Below are positions 1-10,766 of a stretch of DNA of 64,000 nt, piece by piece. The notes under the pieces were generated by a model. That model was not told the origin of the DNA, made no database searches, and worked only from the letters and a program-made list of their open reading frames with translations. A program made the translations under genes and the position numbers. Every line of letters starts with the position of its first letter. Position 1 is the first letter of the stretch. The stretch is from an uncultured Acidobacteriota bacterium (lineage in GTDB: Bacteria; Acidobacteriota; Thermoanaerobaculia; UBA5066), in assembly GCA_963779415.1 (NCBI GenBank), contig CAVZYA010000002.1, forward strand, positions 864,001 to 928,000, given 5' to 3'.

Positions 1-1
1 C

Positions 2-430
2 AACGCCTTCGCCCCGGCCTTCGCGGGCTCGACGAACCTCGATGACTACCGCTGGGGCAAGCTCCACCGGATCGTCTTCGATCACATACTGGGAGAGCCG
101 TTCAGCATACCGATTGCGGGAGGAGCCTTCCCGAACCCGCTCGGCGACGCCCTCCCGGGCATCCCGCGGCAGGGGGGATACGAGGTCGTCGACCGCTCCG
201 ACAACGCCGTCCGCGCGAAAACCGTGAACGGGTTCATGTTCAGCCACGGGCCTTCGAGACGGTACCTTGGCGAGGCGACCCCGACCGGGATCGTCGGCCA
301 GAACACCCTCCCGGGCGGCGTCAGCGGCGTCCTCGGGGACCCGAACTACTTCAGTCTCCTCCCGCTCTGGCTTGTCGACGCGTACTACTCGCTGACCGTC
401 CAGTCGGGTCCCGTGATCCCCTGGCAATGA
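2..430 (+). CDS. Penicillin acylase / S45 Ntn-hydrolase family protein, C-terminal part (runs off window start)
   Basis: Frame from nt 2 reads ...YRWGKLHRIVFDH...GPSRRYL...LPGGVSGVLGDPNYFSLLPLWL, typical S45 C-terminal motifs (WGxxH, GPSxR, PGGxSG). Confidence 0.75.
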   Translation, partial: NAFAPAFAGSTNLDDYRWGKLHRIVFDHILGEPFSIPIAGGAFPNPLGDALPGIPRQGGYEVVDRSDNAVRAKTVNGFMFSHGPSRRYLGEATPTGIVGQNTLPGGVSGVLGDPNYFSLLPLWLVDAYYSLTVQSGPVIPWQ

Positions 431-457
431 GGAGATAGCCGTCCGGCTTCCGGCGAG

Positions 458-485
458 AGCGGCGGGTCACCCCGCCGCTTTTTTC
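458..485 (+). terminator. Probable intrinsic terminator
   Basis: Stem agcggcggg/cccgccgct followed by a T run, just after the stop at 430. Confidence 0.65.
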
Positions 486-538
486 TTCGCGGCTCTCGTG
501 GTCCCTGGATCTCCGGGTCGCGCGGGGGGGGAAGTAAG

Positions 539-615
539 TGGTGGAGCTGAACGGGATCGAACCGTCGACCTCCTGAGTGCGATTCAGGCGCTCTCCCAAA
601 CTGAGCTACAGCCCC
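539..615 (-). tRNA. tRNA-Ala(CGC)
   Basis: Reverse complement GGGGCTGTAGCTCAGTTTGGGAGAGCGCCTGAATCGCACTCAGGAGGTCGACGGTTCGATCCCGTTCAGCTCCACCA: cloverleaf, CGC anticodon, G3:U70, encoded CCA. Confidence 0.97.
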
Positions 616-681
616 ACCTGTTCGGGACAGGACCGCGGAGCGTAGCGGGAAGCGCCCGGGGCGTCAATTCACGGGGAATCG

Positions 682-1914
682 TCAGCTCCGGATCGTGGAG
701 ACGGCCGGAACGGGACGGAGGAGGTCCTTGAGGCTCGTCCCCTGGAGGACGCCACGCTCCTCGCGCGTCGCGCGAATGAAGACCTCGCGGAGCGTCGTCG
801 CGACCCGGTCGTCCTCGCCCGGCACGGCTCGCGGCGCGGACTCGCCGATGGCCCGCGCGACCGCCCAGACGGAGATCTCGTCGGGCGGGCGGGCGAGAAC
901 GTAGGCCCCGGAGGGGTCGCGCCGAACGAGGCCGTCGACGACGAGGCGCGCCAGGACGGTCTCGACCTGGTCCACGGGACGCTCGACGGCCTCGACGATC
1001 GCGGGGAGCAGGCGAGAGGCGCGGTCCGCCTCCCAGGCCGTGGCGAGCGGCATGAGAATCGAGACGGCCTCGTAGAGGCGGAGGCCGTGCCCGGTCCGGG
1101 CGGGGGCGTCCTGGCCGGAAAGCTCCTCGCGGTACTGGACCGCATGCGCGAAGGCCACGCCGAGAAGGATGATGGCGAAGGCGATGCCGACCGCGAGGAT
1201 GAAGATGACGGCCGCCGAGATCGGGCCGTAGATGTACGACATCGTCGACCGGAACGACGTGAGAATGCGCGCGCTTCTCGCGAAGACGATCCGGAGGATC
1301 GTCAGGCCGGCCGCGGAGAAAAGGGCAGCGGCGGCCGCCGGTCCCCACCGGACGCGAGCGCCCGGAAGGACACGGTAGAGGAGCAGCAGGACGGCAGAGG
1401 CCACGACGAGCCCGAGCCATCGGAACTCGTCGAAGGAGGCACCGCTCTCGAGAAGGAATGACGTGAAGATGCCGACGGCGACGGGGCCGACGACCATCAG
1501 CGCGAGCGCGATGGCGAGGCGCACGAGGAAGGGGCGCGGGTGCACGGTGGTCCCCCAGATGCTCTTGGCGGCCCCCTCGATCTGGAAAAAGGTGCGGATC
1601 GAGGCCGCGAGGAAGAAGACCGACGCCCCTCCGGCGAGCCTCGCGGCCTGGTGCGCGAAGGTCTGGATGGCGTCGAGGACGTCGCGCCCGGCGCCCGGGA
1701 CGACCCATCGGATGACCCGGTAGAGGCCCGTGCCGCTCGCGCCGAGGACCGTGGAGGTGAGAAACGTGACGGCCGCCATGAGCGGGACGATCGTCAGAAG
1801 CGAGGAGTAGGCGAGCGAGCCGGCGAGGTCGAGCCCCCGCGCGTCCTGGAAGCGGTGGAACGTGCCGCGGAGGACGGCCCGGACCCGGCCGGCGGTCTCG
1901 CGAATGGGGGACAT
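682..1914 (-). CDS. YihY/BrkB family inner-membrane protein with C-terminal Rrf2-like winged helix
   Basis: AGSLAYSSLLTIVPL and IYGPISA YihY motifs, multiple TM segments, C-terminal GAYVLARPPDEISV Rrf2-like motif. Confidence 0.85.
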   Translation of the reverse strand: MSPIRETAGRVRAVLRGTFHRFQDARGLDLAGSLAYSSLLTIVPLMAAVTFLTSTVLGASGTGLYRVIRWVVPGAGRDVLDAIQTFAHQAARLAGGASVFFLAASIRTFFQIEGAAKSIWGTTVHPRPFLVRLAIALALMVVGPVAVGIFTSFLLESGASFDEFRWLGLVVASAVLLLLYRVLPGARVRWGPAAAAALFSAAGLTILRIVFARSARILTSFRSTMSYIYGPISAAVIFILAVGIAFAIILLGVAFAHAVQYREELSGQDAPARTGHGLRLYEAVSILMPLATAWEADRASRLLPAIVEAVERPVDQVETVLARLVVDGLVRRDPSGAYVLARPPDEISVWAVARAIGESAPRAVPGEDDRVATTLREVFIRATREERGVLQGTSLKDLLRPVPAVSTIRS

Positions 1915-1998
1915 GGCGCTGCGATCGTATCGCCGCGGGGGCTCCCCCTCCGGTCCGGGTGTGAGAACATTCCGTCCCGTCGACAGGAGGATCCGTCC

Positions 1999-2292
1999 AT
2001 GGCCGACACGCCCAATCTCGAGAACGCGGCAAAGGTGGTCGAAGAGAAGATCGACGCGACCCGCGAGAGCCTCGCGGACCGCGGCGCCAGGGTCCGCTCG
2101 AAGCTGGACGACGTCGCGGGTGACGTCCGGCAGAAGGCGCGCGAGCTGCGCGACCGGATCGCGGACACCTCGTGGGACGACGTCGTCGACAAGACGTCGA
2201 GCTTCGTCCGGGACAATCCCGGCAAGGCGATCGGAATCGCCCTCGCGGCCGGTTTCGTCCTCGGCTTCCTGCTCCGGCGGAGAGACGACTGA
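1999..2292 (+). CDS. DUF883 / ElaB-YqjD family tail-anchored protein
   Basis: AGGAGG SD, helical body, C-terminal FVRDNPGKAIGIALAAGFVLGFLLRRR. Confidence 0.88.
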   Translation: MADTPNLENAAKVVEEKIDATRESLADRGARVRSKLDDVAGDVRQKARELRDRIADTSWDDVVDKTSSFVRDNPGKAIGIALAAGFVLGFLLRRRDD

Positions 2293-2579
2293 TGCCCGCT
2301 CCCGAGGTCCGTCCGCCGGCCCCGCACGGGGCGTCGCCGGAGGGGCCTGTCGGTGGCGCCACCGGCGCCTTCGAGTTCCTGCCGCGGGACTTCGACTGGA
2401 AGGCGAGCGCGATCTCGACCGTGCAGCGCTACCCGATCCCGTGCCTTCTCGGCGCGGCCGTGGCCGGTTTCTGGCTCGGACGAACGCGCGGCCGCGCGAT
2501 CGCGGGCGTCGCCGTCGGCGCTCTCGGGAACCTTGCCGTCAAGGAGATCTCAAGGCTCGTCCAGAGCAGGGAATTCTGA
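2292..2579 (+). CDS. Small membrane protein (YqjK-like partner of DUF883), hypothetical
   Basis: TGATG overlap with upstream gene; VQRYPIPCLLGAAVAGFWLGR hydrophobic segment. Confidence 0.6.
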   Translation: MPAPEVRPPAPHGASPEGPVGGATGAFEFLPRDFDWKASAISTVQRYPIPCLLGAAVAGFWLGRTRGRAIAGVAVGALGNLAVKEISRLVQSREF

Positions 2580-2628
2580 CCGGCCGGAAGTCCGGGACTG
2601 CGGTCCGCCGGCGTCGTAGACTGGCGGC

Positions 2629-3750
2629 ATGGAGCGGATCGCGCGCGCGCACCCCTCGATCCTGGTCTTCGCCGCGTCGGCGGGGTGAGCGTGCAAGCTG
2701 GGTCAGTCTGACCTCACGAGGCTGCTGGAAGCTCTGCCGCGGGTTTCGGACCCGCGCGCTCTCGTCGGATACGAGTCTTCCGACGACGCGGCCGTCTTCC
2801 GCCTCGGCCGGAGGGGCGACCCGGACGCCGAGACGATCCTCTCGACGCTCGATTTCTTCACTCCCGTGGTCGAGTCGCCCTTCGACTTCGGACGGATCGC
2901 GGCGGCGAACGCTCTCTCCGACGTCTGGGCGATGGGGGGCGAGCCCCTCTTCGCGCTGAACGTCGTCGGCTTTCCGACGAAGGCGCTTCCGCTCGAGGTC
3001 CTCGGCGAGATCCTGAGGGGCGGCGCGGAGGTCGCCGCAGAAGCCGGCATCCCGATCCTCGGCGGACATTCGATGGACTTCGACGTCCCGGTCTACGGGA
3101 TGGCGGTGACGGGGCGGGCGAAGGCCTCCGCGATCCGGCGGAACGTCGGGGCGCGCCCGGGCGATGCGCTCGTCCTGACGAAGGCGCTCGGCACCGGCAT
3201 CGTGACGGTGGCTCTCCGCGCGCGGGCTCTCGCCGCGGCGGAAGGGAAGCCGTTCGACGAGGAGACCGCCCCGACCCAGGCGGAGGAGGCGGCCGCGGTC
3301 GCCTCGATGGCGCGCCTCAACCGGAACGCCTCCCGGGTGGCGGCGCGCTTTCCGGTCTCGGCCGGGACGGACGTGACCGGCTTCGGCCTGCTCGGGCATC
3401 TCGGACCGATGCTCCGCGGTTCGGGCGTCGCGGCGGAGATCTCGGCCTCCGCGGTGCCGCTTCTTCCGGGAGCGCGCCGGCTCGTTTCGCGGGGTCGAGT
3501 GCCGGGCGGGACGAAGAAGAACCTCGCCGCCGCCAAAGGCGTGCTCGAAACGACGGGCGTCTCGGAAGAAGACCTCCTTCTCCTCGCCGACGCACAGACT
3601 TCGGGCGGGCTTCTCCTCTCCGTACGCGCCGACGAGGCGGGTCCCTTCGTCTCCGCGCTCCGGGAAGCGGGTGATACCGCCGCGGCACGAATCGGGAGCA
3701 TCCTTCCCTCCGGCACCTTGCCCGAGGGGCACGCGAAGGTCCTTCCCTGA
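2629..3750 (+). CDS. selD: Selenide, water dikinase (selenophosphate synthetase), selenocysteine-containing
   Basis: ATG 2629 is in frame with the 2866 ORF; in-frame TGA at 2686-2688 in G-U-A-C-K; DDAAV, DFFTP, NALSDVWAMGG, TDVTGFGLLGH and DAQTSGGLL motifs. Confidence 0.93.
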
Positions 3751-3766
3751 AGAGAAGGAGGCGACG

Positions 3767-4110
3767 ATGAGCGAACCGGAAAAGAAGGACGAGCAGGACT
3801 GGGTGGCGGTCAAGGCTGTTCCGAACGAGACGGAGGCCGCCCTTCTCGCGGGATTCCTCGACAGCGAGGGGATCCCGGCGCGCGTCGTGGACCGGAGCTT
3901 CCATCTCACGCCGACGGTGGAGGACAACGAACTCTCGCCGATCGCCGTGGCCGTTCCGAGGAACCGCCTCGCCGAGGCCGAGGCGCTTCTCGCCTCCCGC
4001 GAGTCGGGTTTTCCCCGGCCGGGGCGGACGAGGAGGCCCTCCTCACGGACGAGGGCCCGATACACGTCGATCCGGAGGGCCCCAAAGGAAAATCGGGCTC
4101 CCGCGGGTAG
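3767..4110 (+). CDS. DUF2007-type small protein (one frameshift near 4020)
   Basis: AGGAGG SD; EAALLAGFLDSEGIPARV...VAVPRNRLAEAEALL matches the DUF2007 pattern; the shifted frame ends with TAG at 4110. Confidence 0.7.
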
Positions 4111-4125
4111 AATCCGCCGTCTCGG

Positions 4126-6095
4126 ATGGAAAAGGCTCCCGAACGAATCGGCCGGTACCGGATCCTTCGCGTCCTCGGAAAAGGCGCCATGGGGGTCGTG
4201 TATCTGGCTCACGACCCGCAGATCGACCGTGAGATCGCGCTCAAGACGATCCGCTTCTCCGAAGCGGAAGGGAGCTTCAACCCCGAAGAGGCGAAGGCCC
4301 GCTTCCTGAAGGAGGCGCGCATCTCGGGGCGCCTCCAGCACCCGAACATCGTGACCGTCTTCGACGTCGGCGAGGACGGCGGGACGCTCTTCCTCGCGAT
4401 GGAGTACGTGCCGGGCGGGAGCTTCTCCCAGCGGCTCGCCGACCCGGACTCGCTCCCGATCCACGAGCGGATCCGGATCACCGCGGAGGTGGCCGATGCG
4501 CTCGCCCACGCGCACGACCGGGGAGTCCTCCACCGCGACGTGAAGCCGGCCAACATCCTCCTGACGCCGCACCTCGACGCGAAGGTCACGGACTTCGGCA
4601 TCGGAAAGCTCCTCACGGGCGACACCGACCTCACCTCGACGGGCCAGATGGTCGGGTCGCCTGCCTACATGTCCCCCGAGCAGATCAAGGGAGACAAGCT
4701 GGACGCCCGGACGGACATCTTCTCCCTCGGCGTCGTCCTCTATCAGGCGATCACGCTCCGAAAGCCGTTCCCCGCCGACACGCTGACGACCCTCGTCTAC
4801 CAGATCCTCCACGAGGAGCCGCCGGACCCCTCCACGCTTCACGAGAATCTCCCCGCGGAGTACTCGCCGATCCTCCACAAGTGCCTCGCGAAAAAGCGGG
4901 AGGAACGCTATCAAGGCGCCGCGGAGCTGGCGGCGGACCTCCGGCACGCCCTCGGCGACGCGCCGGTGTCGAGGACGACGGGGCTGACCGCCTCCTGGGC
5001 CCCTCCGGTCCCCGACGCGACGGCCACGTCGGAAACTCCGACGCAGGCGACGCCGGCCGTCGATGCGGAATCGCCGACGATCACGGCCGGCCGCCGGATG
5101 GGCGAGGAGGCCGCGAAGGCCGAGAAGGCCGCGGTCCCGGCCTCCCGCCAAAGGGGCGCCGAAGAGGAAGAGCCGGAGCGCCGGTCGCCCTCCTTGCGAT
5201 CGGGGCCGTCGTTCTCGCGGGAATCGTCGGGATCGTCGCGCTCCGCCGGGGCGGCTCGCAGACAGCGGAGACCGGCGCGGAAACCACTCCGACGGCGGCC
5301 CCGGCGGTGGAAACTCCTGCCGCCGCGACAGCGGCGGAGCTCGCCCCCACGGTGACCCCGTATGTCCCGGCTCCTCCGACCCCTGAGGCCGCGACGACCT
5401 CTGCGAAAAAGGCCGCGAAGACGAAAGAGCCGAAGGAGCCGAAATCCGCTGCCACCACGCAGCCCTCCCCGACGGCGTCTTCGAAGAAACCCTCGTCCGC
5501 TTCGGCGGCCGCCACGGGCGCGCCGACCCGGCACACCGCCGACGCGACCTATTCCGTTCGCCGGCTCGTTAAGCTCGGCGTGACGCCGATCCAGGCCCGT
5601 GTCTTCCTCGACGGGAAGTACATCGGCGTCTGCGACGACTGGGACGACTCGGGGGGCGGGGCTCTCCTCTACTTCCGCGGCGAGGCGACGCACCGGCTCC
5701 GCTTCGCCTATCCCGGCTACAGGGATCTCCGGGTCGACATCCAGATCCGGAGCAACGCCCCCGACGACAAGATCGACGTGGAGCTGCCGTTACAGGCCGG
5801 TACGGGCGAAGGCCCGCCGGGTCCCTCGGGCGACTTTCGCCGGCCGAACTACCGGACGGTCGGCCCGGCCTTTTTTAACGTCGAGCCGCCCGACGCGTCC
5901 GTCAGCGTCGACGGCACGGTTCTCGGTTCCGCCTCGAAGTGGGCGACGGAGGAGCTGGCCCTCGACGGGCCGGCGGTTCACGAGGTCGTTCTCTCGGCCC
6001 CGGGGTACGAGACGGTCACCCTGCGCGTCCTCGTGGCCCAGACGGCCGGCGAGGCGCGGGCTTCCATCAAAGAGAAGCTGAAGAAGACGAACTGA
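4126..6095 (+). CDS. Hanks-type Ser/Thr protein kinase with TM helix and extracellular PEGA-like domains (frameshift near 5150-5180)
   Basis: LGKGAMGVVY, HRDVKPAN, DFGIGK and GSPAYMSPEQ in ORF 4126-5355; TM plus ARVFLDGKYIG and NVEPPDASVSVDG repeats in ORF 4881-6095. Confidence 0.9.
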
Positions 6096-6177
6096 CCGTC
6101 GGCAGGCGTGTAGCCGGGGGTCCGGGGGCGATCGCGTTCGCAGCCAAGCCCCCGGCGAGCGAGAAGCTGAAGAAGAC
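6072..6177 (+). repeat. 17-bp direct repeat (GAGAAGCTGAAGAAGAC) flanking a REP-like GC hairpin
   Basis: Copies at 6072-6088 and 6161-6177; between them gccgggggtccgggggcg...aagcccccggc. Confidence 0.7.
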
Positions 6178-6206
6178 CCCGTAAACCGGGCTTCCCGGCT
6201 TGGAGG

Positions 6207-6235
6207 TTGACGCCCGGGGAGCGCCGTCCTATCGT
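6207..6235 (+). promoter_or_regulatory. Putative sigma70 promoter of the gcv operon
   Basis: TTGACG-N17-TATCGT, 14 nt before the gcvT ATG. Confidence 0.6.
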
Positions 6236-6249
6236 GGCTCGGCTTCACG

Positions 6250-7362
6250 ATGGATGCGCCTCCTTCCACGCCTCTGAAGCGGACCCCTCTCTACGACGCC
6301 CACAAGGCTCTCGGTGGGAAGCTGGTCTCCTTCGGCGGCTGGGAGATGCCGGTGGAGTATTCGGGCCTCGCGGACGAGCACCGCGCCGTCCGGGAGCGCG
6401 CCGGGGTCTTCGACGTCTCGCACATGGGCGAGATCCGCGTGAAGGGGCCGGGAGCGCTCGCCGCCGTCCAGCAGCTGACGTGCAACGACGCCGCGGCGCT
6501 CGTGGACGGGCAGATCCAGTACTCAGCCTTCCTCACCGAGCGCGGCACGTTCGTGGACGACCTTCTGACGCACCGCCTCGCCGCCGACGACTACCTCATC
6601 GTCGTGAACGCCGCCAACACGCCGAAGGACGTCGCGTGGGCCCTTCGCGCCACGCGGCCGGACGCCACGGTCGTGGACGAGTCTCCGGTGTGGGCCCAGA
6701 TCGCCCTCCAGGGTCCGAAGTCGCTCGCGATCCTCCAGCCGCTGACCGACGTCCCGCTCGAGAAGATGAAGTACTACCACTTCGGCACGGGACGCGTCGT
6801 CGACGTTCCCTCGATCGTCTCGCGGACGGGCTACACGGGGGAGGACGGATTCGAGGTCTACTGCCCGCCCGAGGCGGCACGAAAGGTGTGGGACGCGATC
6901 CTCGACGCCGGGCGCCCGCGCGGCGCCGTGCCGGCGGGGCTCGGGGCCCGCGACACGCTGCGGCTCGAGGCGAAGATGGCGCTCTACGGGAACGACATCG
7001 ACGACACGACGACCCCGTGGGAAGCCGACCTCGGGTGGATCGTGAAGATGAAGAAGGGGGAGTTCAACGGCCGCGCCGCGCTCGAGGCTCAGAAGGCGGC
7101 GGGGGTGACCCGGAAGCTCGTCGGCTTCGAAGTCACCGGTCGCGGTATCGCCCGCCACGGCCACTCCCTTACGGTGGACGCGACCGGAAAGTCCGGCGTC
7201 GTGACGTCGGGAACGCAGACCCCGACTCTCGGAAAGGCGATCGGGCTCGCGTACGTCCCCGTCGAGTCGTCGGCGGTCGGCACGGCCCTGACGATCGACG
7301 TGAGGAGCCGGAAGGTCCCGGCCGTGATCGTCCCGACCCCCTTCTACAAGCGGATGAAGTAG
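6250..7362 (+). CDS. gcvT: Glycine cleavage system aminomethyltransferase T
   Basis: LKRTPLY, FGGWEMPVEY, FDVSHMG, SRTGYTGEDGFE and GLGARDTLRLEA motifs. Confidence 0.97.
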   Translation: MDAPPSTPLKRTPLYDAHKALGGKLVSFGGWEMPVEYSGLADEHRAVRERAGVFDVSHMGEIRVKGPGALAAVQQLTCNDAAALVDGQIQYSAFLTERGTFVDDLLTHRLAADDYLIVVNAANTPKDVAWALRATRPDATVVDESPVWAQIALQGPKSLAILQPLTDVPLEKMKYYHFGTGRVVDVPSIVSRTGYTGEDGFEVYCPPEAARKVWDAILDAGRPRGAVPAGLGARDTLRLEAKMALYGNDIDDTTTPWEADLGWIVKMKKGEFNGRAALEAQKAAGVTRKLVGFEVTGRGIARHGHSLTVDATGKSGVVTSGTQTPTLGKAIGLAYVPVESSAVGTALTIDVRSRKVPAVIVPTPFYKRMK

Positions 7363-7384
7363 ACCGACCCTGCAGGAGAGAGCG

Positions 7385-7783
7385 ATGACCTCCTACCCGG
7401 ACGACCGCCGCTACACGAAGAGCCACGAATGGATCCGCCTCGATGGCGACATCGCGACAGTCGGTATCTCGGACCACGCGCAGAAGGAGCTGGGCGAGGT
7501 CGTCTTCGTCGACCTGCCGGAGACTGGTGAGCTCTTCGACGCCAAGGAGGAGTTCGGGACGATCGAGTCGGTCAAGGCCGTCTCGGAGCTGTTCCTGCCG
7601 GTGGCGGGGGAGATCCTCGAGACCAACCGGACGCTCGTCGATGAGCCCGCCGCGGTCAACGAGGACCCTCACGGGGACGGCTGGCTCGTGAAGATCAAGA
7701 TCTCGTCGGACGCGGAGTTCGACGAGCTGATGAACGCCGCCGCCTACGAGAAGTTCCTCGAAGAGGAAGAGAAGAAAGCCTGA
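7385..7783 (+). CDS. gcvH: Glycine cleavage system H protein
   Basis: YTKSHEW and lipoyl-lysine motif IESVKAVS. Confidence 0.97.
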   Translation: MTSYPDDRRYTKSHEWIRLDGDIATVGISDHAQKELGEVVFVDLPETGELFDAKEEFGTIESVKAVSELFLPVAGEILETNRTLVDEPAAVNEDPHGDGWLVKIKISSDAEFDELMNAAAYEKFLEEEEKKA

Positions 7784-7829
7784 CCCCGCCCCCCGCCCCC
7801 CTCCGAGCCGGGGGCCAAGGATTGGATCC

Positions 7830-9195
7830 ATGCGCTACATCCCGCACAGTCCGGAAGAGCAGGCGTCGCTTCTCGCGGCCATCGGCGTCTCGTCGATGGA
7901 CGACCTCTTCGCCACCGTCCCCCCGCGAGGTCTACCGGCGCGAGCCCCCGGACCTCCCCCCGCCCGCCTCGGAGATCGAGGTGCGAAAGGCGATGGGGCG
8001 CTCGCCGCGCGGAACGCGAACCTCTCCGAGTGGACGTCGTTCCTCGGCGCGGGGCTCTATTCCCACCACATGCCGGCCTTCGTCTCGCAGCTCCTGTCGC
8101 GGGGCGAGTTCCTGACCGCGTACACGCCGTACCAGCCCGAAGTCTCGCAGGGGACGCTCACGGCGATCTGGGAGTTCCAGACGCACATGGCCCTCCTGAC
8201 GGAGCTGGACGTCGCGAACGCCTCGATGTACGAGGGGGCCTCGGCCTTCGTCGAGGCCGTCCTCATGGCCGAGCGCCTCACGAGGAAGCGGACGAAGGTC
8301 GTCGTCTCGAAGGGGATCCACCCCGAGTACCGGCGCTGCCTCCGGACGTACCTCGCGAACTTCCCCTTCACGATCGTCGAGGTGCCCGTCGGCGAGGGCG
8401 GTGCGACCGACCGGGCGGCCCTCGCGGCGGCCGTGGACGAGACGACCTTCGCCGTCGCCGTCCAGTCCCCGAACGTCCTCGGCGTCGTCGAGAGCTGGCA
8501 GGCCGCGGCCGACGCCGCGCACGAGAAGGGCGCGATCGCGATCGGGGTCGTGAACGAGATGTTCTCCCTCGCGCTCCTGAAGGGGCCCGGAGCCTTCGGG
8601 ATCGACATCGCCGCGGGCGAGGCCGCCTCGTTCGGCGTCCCTCCCTCGTTCGGAGGCCCTCTCGTCGGGTTCCTCGCCTGCCGGGACGCGATGAAGCGGC
8701 AGATCCCGGGGCGCCTCGTCGGCCGGACGACCGACGCCGAGGGGAGGACGGCCTTCTGCCTGACGCTCTCGACGCGCGAGCAGCACATCCGCCGCGAGAA
8801 GGCGACGTCGAACATCTGCACGAACCAGGGGCTCTTCGCCCTCGCGGCCACGATGACGATCTCGGTTCTCGGCAAGCAGGGGCTTCGCGAGACGGCGCTC
8901 CAGTGCCTCTCCAAGGCGGAGTACCTCAAGACGGGCGTTCGCGGCCGTTCCGGGGCCCTTCTCGGTCGCCTTCTCCGGCCGGACGTTCAACGAGTTCGCG
9001 ATCCGGTGCGGCCCTCCGGTCGAGGAGGTTCTCCGCCGCTGCGAGGCGAAGAAGATCCTCGGAGGAGTCCCGCTTTCGCGGATCGCCCCCGAAGAGAAGG
9101 GATGGCACGACCTCCTCCTCGTGGCCGTCACCGAGCGGACGCCGCGGGAGGGCCTCGACACGTTCCTCGACGTCCTCCGGAGCTACGAACGATGA
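7830..9195 (+). CDS. gcvPA: Glycine dehydrogenase subunit 1 (frameshifted near 7930-7995 and ~8940)
   Basis: MRYIPHS, FLTAYTPYQPEVSQG, NASMYEG and TREQHIRREKATSNICTNQ; the shifted frame ends YER* at 9195. Confidence 0.92.
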
Positions 9196-10719
9196 GTGAC
9201 CAGAGCGCGCCCGTAAGACCCGTCACCGGCGACCCGGCCCTCGACCGCCGCCGCCGCAACATCTCCCTCTTCGACGAGCCCCGGCCCGGCCGGCAGGGCG
9301 TCCTTCTCCCGCCGCTCGACGTTCCGGCCGCCGACCCGGGTTCTCTCTACGGCGCCGCTCACCGCTCCGAGGTGCGCGGGGAGGTGGAAGCCTCCGAGGT
9401 GGACGTCGTCCGGCACTTCACGCGCCTCTCGCGGCTGAACTTCGCCATCGACACGGCGCTCTACTCGCTCGGCTCGTGCACGATGAAGCACAACCCGCGG
9501 CTGAACGAGGAGACGGCGCGCCTCGCGGGGTTCAACGAGACGCACCCCTACGCCCCGGAGCACCTCTCGCAGGGAAACCTCGAGATGATGTGGCGCCTCG
9601 AGGAGGCGCTCAAGGTCCTCACCGGCTTTTCGCGCGTCACGCTCCAGCCCTCGGCCGGCGCGAACGGCGAGCTGGCGAGCGCGCTGATGATCCGGGCGGC
9701 CCACGTGGCGCGGGGGAACCCGCGCAAGCCACGTCCTCGTCCCCGACTCGGCTCACGGCACGAACCCGGCCTCGGCGCATTTCGCCGGCTACGAGGTCGT
9801 GGAGATCCACTCCTCGCCGCGGGGGACGGTGGACCTCGCCGCGCTGGACGCGAAGCTGGACGAGGACGTCGCGGCCCTGATGGTCACGGTTCCGAACACG
9901 CTCGGCGTCTTCGAGGAGGAGATCCTCGAGATCGCCCGGTGCGTCCACGCGAAGGGGGCGTTCCTCTACCTCGACGGGGCGAACTTCAACGCCTTCGTCG
10001 GGAAGGTGCGTCCGGCCGACATGGGTGTCGACGTGATGCACATGAACCTCCACAAGACGTTCTCGACGCCGCACGGCGGCGGCGGCCCCGGCGCGGGGCC
10101 CGTCGGCGTCGCCGAGGCGCTCGTCCCGTTCCTTCCGGTCCCGACGGTGGAGCGGCGGGGCGACCGGTTCGTCCTCGACCACGACCGCCCGAAGTCGATC
10201 GGGAAGATGCGGTCCTTCTACGGGAACTTCGGCGTCCTCGTCCGGGCGCTCACGTACATCCTCTCGTACGGCCGGTCGATCCACGAGGTGGCGGAGAACG
10301 CCGTCCTGAACGGCAACTACCTCCGGAAGCGGCTCGCGCCCTTCTACCACCTCAAGTACGACGCGCCCAGCTACCACGAGGTCGTCTTCGACGACAAGAG
10401 GCAGGCCGCGCTCGGGATCCACAACGTCGACATCGCGAAGCGCCTCATGGACTACGGCTTCCATCCGCCGACGATGTCCTTCCCCCTCATCGTGCCGGGC
10501 GCGCTGATGATCGAGCCGACCGAGACCGAGCCGAAGGAGGAGCTGGACGCCTTCGCGGACGCGATGATCGCCATCGCCCGCGAGTGCGAGGAGCGCCCCG
10601 ACCTCGTGAGGACGGCGCCGCACACGACGCCGGTGACGCGGCTCGACGAGGCCTCGCTCGCCCGCGAGGCGTCCAAGGTCGGGAACTTCGCCCCCGTCCT
10701 CCGCGCGAAGACCGGCTGA
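9192..10719 (+). CDS. gcvPB: Glycine dehydrogenase subunit 2 (frameshift near 9730)
   Basis: SLGSCTMKHNP, TLQPSAGA, PLP-lysine motif NLHKTFSTPHGGGGPG, DIAKRLMDYGFHPPT. Confidence 0.93.
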
Positions 10720-10766
10720 CCAGCGGTCGCGCGAACGCGCCGGGACCCGTCTAGACTCCGGGGCCG

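Noticed and set aside
6096-6249. Glycine riboswitch upstream of gcvT
   Set aside because: No GGAGA...CCGAAG...CTCTCAGG aptamer core; a sigma70-like promoter sits only 14 nt from the ATG, leaving no room.
7830-10754. Apparent GcvPA-GcvPB fusion ORF (974 aa)
   Set aside because: Produced by a frameshift near 8940; the proper gcvPA frame stops at 9195 with an ATGA overlap onto gcvPB.
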